This document shows positions 8,110-18,027 of a stretch of 38,560 bases of DNA, one piece after another. The notes under the pieces were generated by a model, which was not told the DNA's origin, searched no databases, and saw nothing but the letters and a program-made list of their open reading frames with translations. The position numbers and the translations under genes were made by a program. The stretch is taken from the NCBI GenBank assembly GCA_040902005.1, contig JBBDYA010000033.1, positions 1 to 38,560 of the forward strand, given 5' to 3'. The stretch is from Gemmatimonadaceae bacterium. GTDB taxonomy: Bacteria > Gemmatimonadota > Gemmatimonadetes > Gemmatimonadales > Gemmatimonadaceae. The first letter of the stretch is position 1. Every line of letters begins with the position of its first letter.

Positions 8110-9371
8110 ACGCGCTTCGCGTCAGTGGCACCATCCGACCGCCCGGCGACAAGTCCATCTCGCATCGCGCGCTGATCCTGTCCGCGGTGTCGCGGGGCAA
8201 GTCGCGCATCACGAACGTGCTGGAGTCGGCGGACGTGCGCGCGACGGCCGCCGCGCTCCGCTTGCTGGGTGCCGCAATCCCGCCGCTGAGCGACGACTTC
8301 TTCGTGGCGGGGATCCAGCCGCGCTATCTCCGCTCGCCGCGGCTCCCGATCGATTGTGGCAACAGCGGCACCACCGCGCGCCTGATCTCGGGGGTGATCG
8401 CTGGCGCAGGGCTGACGGCCACGTTCACTGGCGATGCCAGCCTGAGCCGGCGCCCGATGACGCGCATCGCCGAACCGCTGCGCGCCATGGGCGCGCGCGT
8501 GGACGTCGCGTCGCACGGAGGGCTGCCGATGGTCATCGCATCCGGGCCACTGCGCCCCATCGAGTGGGAGTCCGTCGTCGCGAGCGCCCAGGTGAAGAGC
8601 GCCATACTGCTCGCCGGCGTGCTCGGAGGCGTTCGCGCGGTGGTGTCGGAGCCATTCCTGTCGCGCGACCACACCGAGCGCATGCTGGTGTACCGCGGCG
8701 TGACCCTCGCCCGGGAAGGGAACCGCGTGGAGGTCCCCGCGGGACAGCGCCTGCGTCCGGCCGACGTGCGCGTGCCGGCTGATCCGTCGTCCGCGGCCTA
8801 CTTCGTCGCGCTCGCGACGCTGGCGAGCGCGGGTGAACTGCGCATGACCGACGTCTGCCTGAATCCCACGCGAACCGGCTTTCTCACCGTGCTGCGGCGC
8901 ATGGGCGCAGAGCTCGACGTGATGGACCGGCGCGAAGACGGAGGCGAGATGACCGGCACCATCGTGGCCCGCCCGTCAGCACTCCGCGCAATCGAGATCG
9001 GGCCGGACGAGATTCCGGCGCTGATCGACGAACTGCCGCTCCTCGCGTGCATCGCGACGCGCGCGGCGGGAGAGACCGTCGTGTTGGGGGCGGGCGAGCT
9101 GCGGGTGAAGGAGAGCGACCGCATTGCCACCATCGTGCGCAATCTGAGAGCGTTGGGCGCCGAGGCCGAGGAGCTTCGGGACGGGTTCCGTGTGACCGGT
9201 GCGCGCGGCGCGCTCCATGGCGCGATCTCGACGCACGGCGATCACCGCGTGGCCATGTCCTTTGGCATCCTTGGCGCGCTCCCCGGCAACAGGATCGTCA
9301 TCGACGACCGGGACTGCGTCGCGGTGTCCTATCCCGGTTTCTGGCGCGACCTCGATAGCGTTCAGGCATGA
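8097..9371 (+). CDS. aroA: 3-phosphoshikimate 1-carboxyvinyltransferase (class II EPSP synthase)
   Basis: PGDKSISHRA, DCGNSGTTARL, SAQVKSA, RDHTERML, NPTRTG, ELRVKESDR, DHRVAM. Confidence 0.97.
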   Translation: MAPLNALRVSGTIRPPGDKSISHRALILSAVSRGKSRITNVLESADVRATAAALRLLGAAIPPLSDDFFVAGIQPRYLRSPRLPIDCGNSGTTARLISGVIAGAGLTATFTGDASLSRRPMTRIAEPLRAMGARVDVASHGGLPMVIASGPLRPIEWESVVASAQVKSAILLAGVLGGVRAVVSEPFLSRDHTERMLVYRGVTLAREGNRVEVPAGQRLRPADVRVPADPSSAAYFVALATLASAGELRMTDVCLNPTRTGFLTVLRRMGAELDVMDRREDGGEMTGTIVARPSALRAIEIGPDEIPALIDELPLLACIATRAAGETVVLGAGELRVKESDRIATIVRNLRALGAEAEELRDGFRVTGARGALHGAISTHGDHRVAMSFGILGALPGNRIVIDDRDCVAVSYPGFWRDLDSVQA

Positions 9372-10066
9372 GCACACGGATCATCATCGCCATCGACGGC
9401 CCGGCCGCGTCGGGGAAGTCTTCAACGGCCATTCGCGTGGCGGAGCGGCTGGGGCTCCAGCACGTGGATTCCGGCGCGCTGTACCGGGCGGCAACGGCCG
9501 CGCGTCTCCGCGAACCGGGTGAGCGAGATGCCGATCGGTGGGTCGAAGCGGATGTGCTCGCGGCGGCGCGGCGTCTGGTGCGGCTGGTACCCTCCCACCG
9601 ATCGTTCCTTCCGCAGCTCGACGGGCAGGCGGCCGATCAGGAGATTCGGAGCGGTGACGTCACGGCGCGCGTCTCCGCGGTGGCGCGGATGCCGGGGGTG
9701 CGGGCATGGGTGAATGAGCAGGTAAAGGCAACGGCGACAACGCATTCCATCGTGGTGGACGGTCGCGACATCGGCACCACGGTCTTCCCGGAGGCCGACC
9801 TCAAGATCTTCCTGGTCGCCGACCCCTGGGAGCGTGCTCGTCGGCGATTGCGCCAGCGGCTGAGTCACGAGCCCGCGGAGCGGGAGATCGCCGAGGAGGT
9901 GGACCGGCTGATGCATCGCGACCACCGTGACGCCCAACAGAGTGGGCAGGCATCCGACGCGGTCGTGCTGGACACCACCCACCTCACCCAGGCCGAGCAG
10001 GTGGACCGGATCGTGGCGCTTGCGAACGCTGTAACTCACCGTGGAGACGGCACTTCCGGTCCCTGA
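9368..10066 (+). CDS. cmk: Cytidylate kinase
   Basis: IAIDGPAASGKS, DSGALYRA, DGRDIGTTVFPEA; conserved aroA-cmk-rpsA order. Confidence 0.96.
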   Translation: MSTRIIIAIDGPAASGKSSTAIRVAERLGLQHVDSGALYRAATAARLREPGERDADRWVEADVLAAARRLVRLVPSHRSFLPQLDGQAADQEIRSGDVTARVSAVARMPGVRAWVNEQVKATATTHSIVVDGRDIGTTVFPEADLKIFLVADPWERARRRLRQRLSHEPAEREIAEEVDRLMHRDHRDAQQSGQASDAVVLDTTHLTQAEQVDRIVALANAVTHRGDGTSGP

Positions 10067-10082
10067 CCGGAAGTGGTATTAT
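10051..10082 (+). promoter_or_regulatory. Perfect 10-bp inverted repeat followed by an extended -10 (TGgTATTAT), putative rpsA promoter
   Basis: CACTTCCGGT-CCCTG-ACCGGAAGTG (10051-10075); TG 10074-75 and TATTAT 10077-82. Confidence 0.55.
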
Positions 10083-10161
10083 ATCAGGCTCTGTTCTACC
10101 GCCTATCACCTGAACCTCGGCGCGGCGAGCGATCCATCCGCGATGTGGAGACTGTCCCGTA

Positions 10162-11961
10162 ATGCCTGTTGACCTCGAGACCAAACCGAGCACCAAGGCG
10201 CAAGAGCGTCGCGACCTGGAACGCGCCACGCTGCGTCCGCTGATCAATCGTCGTCCCGAACTCTACGACGAAGACGAGTACACATCCGAGGACTATGAGC
10301 GGATGATGGACTTGTACCAGGGTTCCCTCGCCTCGATCGATGAAGGCGAGATCGTCAAGGCCAAGGTGCAGAGCGTTCGCGACAACGTCGTGGTGCTCGA
10401 TATCGGCTTCAAGTCCGAGGGCACGATTCCTCTCGAGGAATTCAAGGACATGCCGGATCTCAAGCCCGGCGATGAAGTCGAGGTCCTGCTGGAGCACCTG
10501 GAGGACCAGGAAGGCTCGGTCGTCCTCTCGAAGAAGAAGGCGGATTTCATGCGCGTGTGGGAGCGCATCCGCGTCGCATACGAGAGCGATCAGCCGGTCG
10601 AGGGGGTGCTGCAGAAGAAGATCAAGGGTGGCGTCGTGGTGGATCTCATGGGCGTGGACGCATTCCTCCCCGGATCGCAGATCGCGCTGCGCCGCGTGCC
10701 CAACATCGACGAGCTGCTCGGTCAGAAGTTCGAGTTCAAGATCATCAAGCTGAACAAGCGTCGTAGAAACATTGTCGTGTCCCGTCGGGTGATTCTGGAA
10801 TCCGAACGGGCTGGCAAGCGCGAAAAATTGATGAAGGAGCTCGAAAAGGACCAGGTGAGGAAGGGCGTCGTCAAGAACATCACCGATTTCGGCGCGTTCA
10901 TCGACCTTGGCGGCGTGGACGGTCTGCTGCACATCACCGACATGAGCTGGGGACGCATCCAGCATCCCAGCGAAATGGTGCAGATCGGCAGCGAGGTCGA
11001 GGTCAAGGTGCTCGACATCGACTGGCAGCGCGAACGCATTTCCCTCGGCCTCAAGCAGCTGCACCCGTATCCGTGGAAGGACGTCGCGGAGAAGTACCCG
11101 GTCGGGACTCGCGTGCAGGGGAAGGTCGTTTCGATCACCAACTACGGCGCCTTCATCGAGCTGGAGCCTGGCATCGAAGGCCTGGTGCACATCAGCGAAA
11201 TGAGCTGGACCCGCAACGTGCGGCATCCCTCCAAGCTCGTTTCCATCGGCGAAACGATCGAGGCGGTCGTGCTCAAGGTGGACCCGAACGAGGAGAAGAT
11301 CTCGCTCGGCATGAAGCAGACGGAGCAGGACCCATGGGTCGTGCTGCCCCTCAAGTATCCAGTCGGAACCCGCATCAGTGGGAAAGTTCGCAACCTTACG
11401 TCGTTCGGCGCATTTGTGGAGATCGAGCCGGGCATCGACGGCCTGATCCACATCTCCGACATGAGCTGGACCAAGCGCGTGCAGCATCCGTCGGAAGTCG
11501 TCAAGAAAGGTGACGACGTGGATGTCGTGATCCTGAATATCGACGCCGAGAACAAGCGCATCTCGCTCGGACTCAAGCAGGCCGAGGAAGATCCGTGGCT
11601 CAAGATCGGCGAGAACTACCCCGTGGGAATGAATGTCAGCGGCAAGGTCGTTCGCCTGATGGACAAGGGAATCGTCGTGGATATTGGCAACGACATCGAG
11701 GGGTTCGTGCCGATCACGCAGCTCGATCCGGACGGCAAGACGGTCGAGAGCCCCACGGATGTGGTGTACGAGACGATGAATCTCGAGATGCGCGTGATGG
11801 AGGTCGACCCCATCCACCGCCGCATCGTCCTGGGCGTCACCAGCATTCCGGCGGAGCAGCCGCCGCGTCCCGCGGAGCCGAGCAAGGTCGAGAGCATGGA
11901 TGCGCTCGAGCAGCCGGCGGTCCCGCCCGTAGACTACGAGATCCCGGACGACATCGAGTAG
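10162..11961 (+). CDS. rpsA: 30S ribosomal protein bS1
   Basis: Six S1 repeats (DIGFKSEG, AFLPGSQ, FGAFIDLGGVDGLLHITDMSW, YGAFIELEPGIEGLVHISEMSW). Confidence 0.98.
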   Translation: MPVDLETKPSTKAQERRDLERATLRPLINRRPELYDEDEYTSEDYERMMDLYQGSLASIDEGEIVKAKVQSVRDNVVVLDIGFKSEGTIPLEEFKDMPDLKPGDEVEVLLEHLEDQEGSVVLSKKKADFMRVWERIRVAYESDQPVEGVLQKKIKGGVVVDLMGVDAFLPGSQIALRRVPNIDELLGQKFEFKIIKLNKRRRNIVVSRRVILESERAGKREKLMKELEKDQVRKGVVKNITDFGAFIDLGGVDGLLHITDMSWGRIQHPSEMVQIGSEVEVKVLDIDWQRERISLGLKQLHPYPWKDVAEKYPVGTRVQGKVVSITNYGAFIELEPGIEGLVHISEMSWTRNVRHPSKLVSIGETIEAVVLKVDPNEEKISLGMKQTEQDPWVVLPLKYPVGTRISGKVRNLTSFGAFVEIEPGIDGLIHISDMSWTKRVQHPSEVVKKGDDVDVVILNIDAENKRISLGLKQAEEDPWLKIGENYPVGMNVSGKVVRLMDKGIVVDIGNDIEGFVPITQLDPDGKTVESPTDVVYETMNLEMRVMEVDPIHRRIVLGVTSIPAEQPPRPAEPSKVESMDALEQPAVPPVDYEIPDDIE

Positions 11962-11979
11962 GCCGTCGCGTCGTCCTGG

Positions 11980-12011
11980 GCGCCCTGCAGCGATGCAGGG
12001 CGCTTTGTTTT
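11980..12011 (+). terminator. Intrinsic terminator of rpsA
   Basis: GCGCCCTGCA-GCGA-TGCAGGGCGC perfect stem with GNRA loop, then TTTGTTTT. Confidence 0.85.
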
Positions 12012-12108
12012 GGATCCCGCAAGGAGCGTGTGACTCGCGTCACCGGGCAACCGGTTGCGCGCCCGCGAGATCGCTGCATTATTGAGCACCTCTTTCCACA
12101 GGTGCGCC

Positions 12109-12522
12109 ATGCGTATGTATTGGCCCGCAGTGTTCGTCGCATTTCTGATTGTCGCGAGTCCCGCGAGCAGCTCCGCGCAGGAACCCTCGCAGGCCGGCGC
12201 ACCCACCGTGGCGATGGCCGAAGCCGCCGTCGGCACCGGTGTCGCCGACCGGCAGCTCACCGGCACCGCGGAGTCATTTCCGGTGTCCACCGGCAGGCTC
12301 TATTGCTACATGCGGATCACCAACGCCTCCGACACCGAGGTCCAGCATGTGTGGTACAAGGGTGAGACGGAGACGTCGCGTGTGACGCTCAAGATCGGCG
12401 GCTCGCCCTGGCGTACCTGGAGTTTCAAGACGCTCGGGGAAGACGCGGCGGGCGACTGGCGGTGCGATGTCGTGCAGGGAGAGACCGTGGTCACGTCAGT
12501 GAAGTTCAAGGTCGTCGAATAG
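12109..12522 (+). CDS. Secreted DUF2914-like protein
   Basis: Signal peptide ending SSA-Q; LYCY, VQHVWY, GSPWRTWSFK, GDWRCDV pattern. Confidence 0.8.
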   Translation: MRMYWPAVFVAFLIVASPASSSAQEPSQAGAPTVAMAEAAVGTGVADRQLTGTAESFPVSTGRLYCYMRITNASDTEVQHVWYKGETETSRVTLKIGGSPWRTWSFKTLGEDAAGDWRCDVVQGETVVTSVKFKVVE

Positions 12523-12536
12523 TCGAACGCGCATCT

Positions 12537-12572
12537 GAAGGCGCCCGGAGTCCCCCCCCCGGGCGCTTTCGT
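12537..12572 (+). terminator. Probable terminator hairpin
   Basis: GAAGGCGCCCGG...CCGGGCGCTTTC 12-bp stem just after the stop; short U tract. Confidence 0.55.
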
Positions 12573-12599
12573 GTCTCCGCCGTCCCTGAATCAGGCCAG

Positions 12600-14519
12600 A
12601 TGCTCGCACTCGCCTTCGCCCTCACGCTCGCCGCGGATACCACGAGTTATGTCGTTCTGAACCACGGGCGTCCCGCGGGCGAGATGCTCGTGGTGACCGC
12701 GGGCGACTCGGTGATCGTGAAGTACCACCACGTAGACCGGCAGCGCGGGCCGCGGGTGGAGACCAGGTACCGCCTCGCAGACAGCGAGGTCGTTGGGGGC
12801 GCCACGTGGCAGCTTCCGCTCTATGGGGCGGAGCCGACGCCCCGCGGCGAGCCGCTCGACCGCTTTGAGGTCGTCGGCGACTCGGTGCTCTGGCAGGTGC
12901 GTGACTCCACGCGCGGTGAGCCGCGCGCGCGTGGTGGCTACTATCGCCTGCGCAGCAGCACCGCGTTCGACCAGGCATTGCTCGCACGGCATCTTCTGCG
13001 ACAGCCCGGCCGCTCGTCGCGAATCCTGCCGACGGGATCCGCGCGTCTCGCGATCGTGGCGGACACGGTCCTGACCACGCGTTCGGGACCGCAGCGCATG
13101 CGACTGGCGATGATTCGGATCGGTTCCGCTCCCGTGGACGGGGGCGTGTGGCTCGACGACCGGAACGCCCTCGTCGCGAGTCAGGTGGGCTGGTTCGTCA
13201 CGGTGCAACGCGGTAACGAGGAACTGCTGCCCGTGCTGCGGGCCATCGAGATTGGCTACCGGAACGCGCAGGGGATTGCGCTGGCGGCTGGCGTCGCGCC
13301 GCCCCCGGCCGGCGTGATCGCCATCGTGAACGGCGACGTCTTCGATAGCGAGCGGGGCGTCATGATGCCGAGGACCACGGTCGTGGTTCGGGGTGATCGC
13401 GTGATCGCGATTGGTCCGTCGGCGGAAACGCGCATCCCTCGTGGGGCAACCGTGATCGACGCCGTCGGCAAGACCGTCATGCCCGGCCTGTGGGACATGC
13501 ATACGCACTTTCAGCTCACAAGCCAGTCCGCGGGCTCGATCGCGCAGCTGGCGAACGGCATCACGACGATTCGCGACCTGGCGGCGGACATCGACGTCGC
13601 GGTGTCACATCGCGATCGTGCCGACGCCGGCCTGCTCGCGTCACCACGCGCGATTCTTGGCGGATTCATCGAGGGGCCGGGACGCTGGGCTGGTCCAAGC
13701 GAAGCGATCGCGCACACCGAGGAAGAGGCGCGCGCCTGGGTCGCGCGATATGACAGCCTGGGCTTCAGGCAGATCAAGCTGTACAACCTGGTTCATCCGG
13801 ATCTCGTGCCGGCCATCGCGGACGAAGCGCACCGCCGCGGCATGCGGCTCAGTGGTCACGTCCCGCGCGGCATGAGTACGCAGACGGCGGTGCGGCTTGG
13901 CTTCGACGAGATCAATCACGCGGCCTTCCTGTTTTCCACGTTCTACCCCGACTCGCTCTACGCGCCGGTGATGCGCGCGTACTCGGTCGTCTCACAGATC
14001 GTCGCGCCCCACGTGAACGTCGATGGCCCGGAGGTCACCGCGATGATCGATCTGTTCCGGGAACGGGGAACGGTCATCGACGGCACGTGGAATCTCTGGC
14101 TCTCCACGCGCGGCGCGGCGGCGTCTGCCACGCTCGGCATTCCGTACTCGGCCACCACGGATCTCGCGCGGCGCTCCGACGCCAACTACCTGCGGATGCT
14201 CCGGCGCCTGTACGACGCGGGTGTGCCCATCGTGCCGGGCACGGACGGCAGCAGCTACCACGCGGAGCTCGAGCTCTACGAGCGCGCTGGCATTCCCGCG
14301 GCGCGCGTGCTCCAGATGGCCACGATCGTGTCGGCGCGCGCGATGAAGGACGACGCGGAGTACGGCAGCATCGCGCCGGGCAAGGTGGCCGACATCATCA
14401 TCGTCAACGGCAGGCCAGCCGAGCGCGTCGCGGATCTGCGGAACGTGGAGCGAGTGATGCGGGCCGGTCGCCTGTACGAATCGAGCGCGCTCCGCGCCGC
14501 CCTGTCGGGGGCGCCGTAG
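12600..14519 (+). CDS. Secreted metal-dependent amidohydrolase with extra N-terminal domain
   Basis: Hydrophobic N-terminus; GKTVMPGLWDMHTH, GITTIRD, IKLY, GHVP, INH, GTD, GSIAPGKVADIIIV. Confidence 0.88.
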   Translation: MLALAFALTLAADTTSYVVLNHGRPAGEMLVVTAGDSVIVKYHHVDRQRGPRVETRYRLADSEVVGGATWQLPLYGAEPTPRGEPLDRFEVVGDSVLWQVRDSTRGEPRARGGYYRLRSSTAFDQALLARHLLRQPGRSSRILPTGSARLAIVADTVLTTRSGPQRMRLAMIRIGSAPVDGGVWLDDRNALVASQVGWFVTVQRGNEELLPVLRAIEIGYRNAQGIALAAGVAPPPAGVIAIVNGDVFDSERGVMMPRTTVVVRGDRVIAIGPSAETRIPRGATVIDAVGKTVMPGLWDMHTHFQLTSQSAGSIAQLANGITTIRDLAADIDVAVSHRDRADAGLLASPRAILGGFIEGPGRWAGPSEAIAHTEEEARAWVARYDSLGFRQIKLYNLVHPDLVPAIADEAHRRGMRLSGHVPRGMSTQTAVRLGFDEINHAAFLFSTFYPDSLYAPVMRAYSVVSQIVAPHVNVDGPEVTAMIDLFRERGTVIDGTWNLWLSTRGAAASATLGIPYSATTDLARRSDANYLRMLRRLYDAGVPIVPGTDGSSYHAELELYERAGIPAARVLQMATIVSARAMKDDAEYGSIAPGKVADIIIVNGRPAERVADLRNVERVMRAGRLYESSALRAALSGAP

Positions 14520-14531
14520 CGCGCCGACCGG

Positions 14532-15092
14532 TCATCGCATCGCGCGGCTGCAGTCCGCGCTGGCGGGAGGATCCGACGCGCCGTAGGTCGCCTGGATGAA
14601 TCGCGGGGGTCCGCTCACGGGGAACTCGAGGATGTAGAGCATCGAGTACTGCGTCTCGCAGAGATCTGGCAGTTTGGGACCACCCAGGGCACCCACGATG
14701 GCGGGCACAGTGTTGCTGTGTCCCACCACGAGGACCACCTCGCCGGCGGGAAGCCGGCGCACCGCCGCCGCCACCGAATCGACGTGCGCCGCCGTCGGGC
14801 CGCCCGCGCGCACAATGATCGGGGCCGCACCGACAGACTCGCTCATGTATTGCGCGGTGAGCTGCGTGCGCTGGAGATGCGTGGTGACCACCCGCGTGAC
14901 CCGCGCCCCGGCAAGTGCGTTCGCGAGGGCGCGCGCGCGATCCCGCCCGGCGTCGGTGAGTCCCGGATCGTTGCGTGGCTCGGCCGCGCGCTCTGCGTGC
15001 CGCACGAGAATGACGGTCGACGGCTGCGCGCCAGCGCCGGTGAAAGCAGCGGCCAGCAGGAGCGGCATGACGAAACGTGTGCGGCAGTTCAT
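14532..15092 (-). CDS. Secreted histidine phosphatase superfamily (SixA/PGM-like) protein
   Basis: Signal peptide ending AGA-Q; VILVRHAE, LTDAG, RTQLT, VVGHSNT. Start set at ATG 15092 (alternative 15068). Confidence 0.88.
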   Translation of the reverse strand: MNCRTRFVMPLLLAAAFTGAGAQPSTVILVRHAERAAEPRNDPGLTDAGRDRARALANALAGARVTRVVTTHLQRTQLTAQYMSESVGAAPIIVRAGGPTAAHVDSVAAAVRRLPAGEVVLVVGHSNTVPAIVGALGGPKLPDLCETQYSMLYILEFPVSGPPRFIQATYGASDPPASADCSRAMR

Positions 15093-15104
15093 GAGCAGTC
15101 TGAA

Positions 15105-15128
15105 GGGGGAGGGGGAGGGGGGAGGGGG
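15105..15128 (+). repeat. (GGGGGA)n tract, canonical G-quadruplex motif
   Basis: G5-A-G5-A-G6-A-G5 in the 47-bp spacer between the M16 peptidase and phosphatase genes. Confidence 0.8.
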
Positions 15129-15139
15129 AGCGTTCGCGA

Positions 15140-17956
15140 TCACGGGCTGGCCGGAGTTTCCGGAAGCAGAATGAAGCGCGCGTGGTTGCCAACGTCGAGG
15201 TAGCGCCGCGCGGCCGCCTGGATTGTTGCCGGGGTGAGCGCGCGAACGATGGCATCGAACGGCTCCAGCAGCCCGCCGATGTCCTCGCCGGACTGCTCTC
15301 TCGAGAGAATGCCGTTGAGCCAGTAGGAGTTCTCCTGCAGGCTCACCTCCCGGGTGCGCAGGATCTGTTCGCGCACCTTCTCCACGTCGCTCGCTGTGGG
15401 GCCCTGGGTTCTGAGCGTGTCCGCGAGAGCGAACACGGCCTGGGTCAACATCTCGACATTGTCCGGTGACGACTGGAAGTGCACCTGCAGCGCGTACTCC
15501 TCGCGCGGCGCGTGCGAGCAGCGGCCGCCGACAGACGGGCTGTAGGTGCCGCCCAGCTTCTCGCGCAACGCGTCGACCAGGCGCAGCTCGAACGCATCCG
15601 CGAGCCCCAGCAGCGCCACCCGGTTCTCCGGCGTGTAATCGCACGCGCCGGTGAAGGTGATGACCGTGGTGGCCTTCTGCTCCACGCCCTTCCGGACGAC
15701 GCGCTCCACCACGCCACGTGGCGGACTCACGCTCGCCACGCGCGCGGTATCGACGCGCGGAAGCGACGGGAGCGAGGCCAGGTAGCGCTCGACCAGCGGC
15801 TTGAACGCCGTCGTATCCAGCGTGCCCACAAAGACGAACGTGAAATCATCCGCGTCGGCGAAGCGGTCGCGGAAGAATGCGATCGATCGGGCCGCGTCGA
15901 TCTCGGCGAACGTGGCGGTGGTGAGCGGACGCGACCGGAAGTGGTGGCGGTTCATCGTCACCTGCATCGTGTCGCTGAACACCTGCTCCGGCGACGCGCC
16001 ACGGTTGGTCAGGAAGGGGATGGCGTTCTGCGCGAACGCGGCGAATGCCGTGGAATCGAGCCGCGCACCGGTGAAGTGCAGGTAGATCAGCTCCATCAGC
16101 GTTTCCACGTCCTTCGGCGACGCCAGGCCGTTCAACCCTTCGGTCATTTCCTGGATCGACGGGGAGACGCGCGCGGCCTTGCCCGCCAGCTTCTTGCCAA
16201 GATCGATGCGATTGAACGCGCCCAGGCCGCTCAACGCCGAGACCTGCGACGAGAAGACTGCCGACACGTAGTCCGGATCCCCGGCGAGCCCCGTACCGCC
16301 CGGGCTGTACGCGCCGAACAGCAGCTCGTCCGCCTTGAAATCGGTGGGCTTCACGAGCACGCGCGCGCCGTTCGACAGTGTCCACTCGCTGACGCCCGCC
16401 GGCAACGCGCGACCGCGCACGATGCGTCCGGCGGGGCGAAGCGACTCCACCAGCGCGTCACCCGACACGCTTTCCGTGTACGCAACCACGGGGACGCTCC
16501 CCGCCCGGTCGAAGACCGCGAGGACCCCGCTCACCGTGGGCGGGGGGACGCCGTCCTTCTCCGGCGCCTGTACGATGACCAGCCGGTTCTCGTCCGTGAT
16601 CCAGTCCGCCCCGAGCGTATTCACGTCCGCGAGCGTCACGGCGGGAAGCAGCCGCTGGACGATGGCGTACTCGTACTCGATGCCCGGAATCGCCTCGCCC
16701 TCCAGGTAGGCCCGGATGTATTCCTGCGCATACTCCACGGACTCGGTCTTGTCGCGCTCCGCGTTCATCAGTTCGTATCCGCGGAGCATGCTCGTGCGCG
16801 CCCGGTCCAGCTCCGACTGGAGGAATCCGAACTGATCCACCCGCCGCGCCTCGATCAGCAGCGCCTCGAGTCCGCGCTCCACGTGGCCGTCCTGCACCGC
16901 GGCGCCGAGCGAGAACGGCTCCAGCTCGCGACCGACGAACTCGCCTTTCGACGCACCCGCGCCAATGAAAGGCGCGTCCGGCTTCTGCGAGATCTCGCCC
17001 AGCCGCGCGTTGAGCATCCGGACGTAGAGTTGCCCCAGCAGGTCTCGACGATAGTCCCCGATGGTCGTCGTCGGATGCTTCGGCAGCTTGAAGAGCAGGC
17101 TGACGCTCGTGCTCGTCGCCTCCTTGTCAGTCGCGATCGCCACCAGCGGCGCCTGGTTTCCGGGAATCGGCGTGGGTTCCCGCTTGGGGGCGCGCGCATT
17201 GCGTGGAATGCCGGAGAAGTGCGCGCGGATTTTGGCCTCGATCGCCGCGAGATCGAAATCACCCACCGCGATCACCGCCATCAGGTCCGGGCGGTACCAG
17301 TCGCGATAGAACCCGCGCAGCCCCGGAGCACTCGCCGATGTGATGCTGGCCTCCGTGCCGATCGGCAGCCGGTCGGCGTACTTCGAGTTTCGCAGCGCGA
17401 TGGGGAGCATCTGCTGGAGCATCCGCTCGCCCGATCCCTTTCCGCTGCGCCATTCCTCGTGCACCACGCCGCGCTCCGCGATGACCTCCGCGGAGTCGAA
17501 CAGCTGGCCATGCGCCCAGTCCTCGAGGATCGTGAACGCCTGATCCACGATGCGGGGCGTGTCCGTGGGCACGGGCAGGATGTACACCGTCTCATCGAAG
17601 GAGGTGTAGGCATTCAGGTCCGCGCCGAACCGCACGCCGATGGACTGGAGGTATTTCACCAGGTCATTCTTCGCGAAGTTGCGCGTGCCGTTGAAGGCGG
17701 CGTGCTCCACGAAGTGGGCATACCCGCGCTGGTCGTCGTGCTCCTGCACGGACCCGGCGTTCACCACCAGGCGCAGCTCGGCCCGATTCTCCGGCCTGGC
17801 GTTCTGGCGGATGTAGTACCGCAGCCCATTGGGGAGCGTCCCCACCTTCACCTTGGGGTCGACGGGAAGCCGTTCGCTGAGATTGACCTCCTGTGCCACG
17901 CTCTGGGTGGCCAGGGGCAGGGCGAGGACGGCGAGCAACAGACGGAAGCGCGACAT
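15140..17956 (-). CDS. Secreted M16 family zinc peptidase (PqqL-like, four-domain)
   Basis: Signal peptide; LPNGLRYY, HFVEH inverzincin motif, NAYTSFDETVY, WYRPD, second half LSNGARV, LREKLGGTYS. Confidence 0.93.
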   Translation of the reverse strand: MSRFRLLLAVLALPLATQSVAQEVNLSERLPVDPKVKVGTLPNGLRYYIRQNARPENRAELRLVVNAGSVQEHDDQRGYAHFVEHAAFNGTRNFAKNDLVKYLQSIGVRFGADLNAYTSFDETVYILPVPTDTPRIVDQAFTILEDWAHGQLFDSAEVIAERGVVHEEWRSGKGSGERMLQQMLPIALRNSKYADRLPIGTEASITSASAPGLRGFYRDWYRPDLMAVIAVGDFDLAAIEAKIRAHFSGIPRNARAPKREPTPIPGNQAPLVAIATDKEATSTSVSLLFKLPKHPTTTIGDYRRDLLGQLYVRMLNARLGEISQKPDAPFIGAGASKGEFVGRELEPFSLGAAVQDGHVERGLEALLIEARRVDQFGFLQSELDRARTSMLRGYELMNAERDKTESVEYAQEYIRAYLEGEAIPGIEYEYAIVQRLLPAVTLADVNTLGADWITDENRLVIVQAPEKDGVPPPTVSGVLAVFDRAGSVPVVAYTESVSGDALVESLRPAGRIVRGRALPAGVSEWTLSNGARVLVKPTDFKADELLFGAYSPGGTGLAGDPDYVSAVFSSQVSALSGLGAFNRIDLGKKLAGKAARVSPSIQEMTEGLNGLASPKDVETLMELIYLHFTGARLDSTAFAAFAQNAIPFLTNRGASPEQVFSDTMQVTMNRHHFRSRPLTTATFAEIDAARSIAFFRDRFADADDFTFVFVGTLDTTAFKPLVERYLASLPSLPRVDTARVASVSPPRGVVERVVRKGVEQKATTVITFTGACDYTPENRVALLGLADAFELRLVDALREKLGGTYSPSVGGRCSHAPREEYALQVHFQSSPDNVEMLTQAVFALADTLRTQGPTASDVEKVREQILRTREVSLQENSYWLNGILSREQSGEDIGGLLEPFDAIVRALTPATIQAAARRYLDVGNHARFILLPETPASP

Positions 17957-18027
17957 GAGGGCGGGGTTTGGGCGGGGAGCCAATATTACCCTAGTATATG
18001 TACCAACCTTCCTGTGTTGAGATCCAG

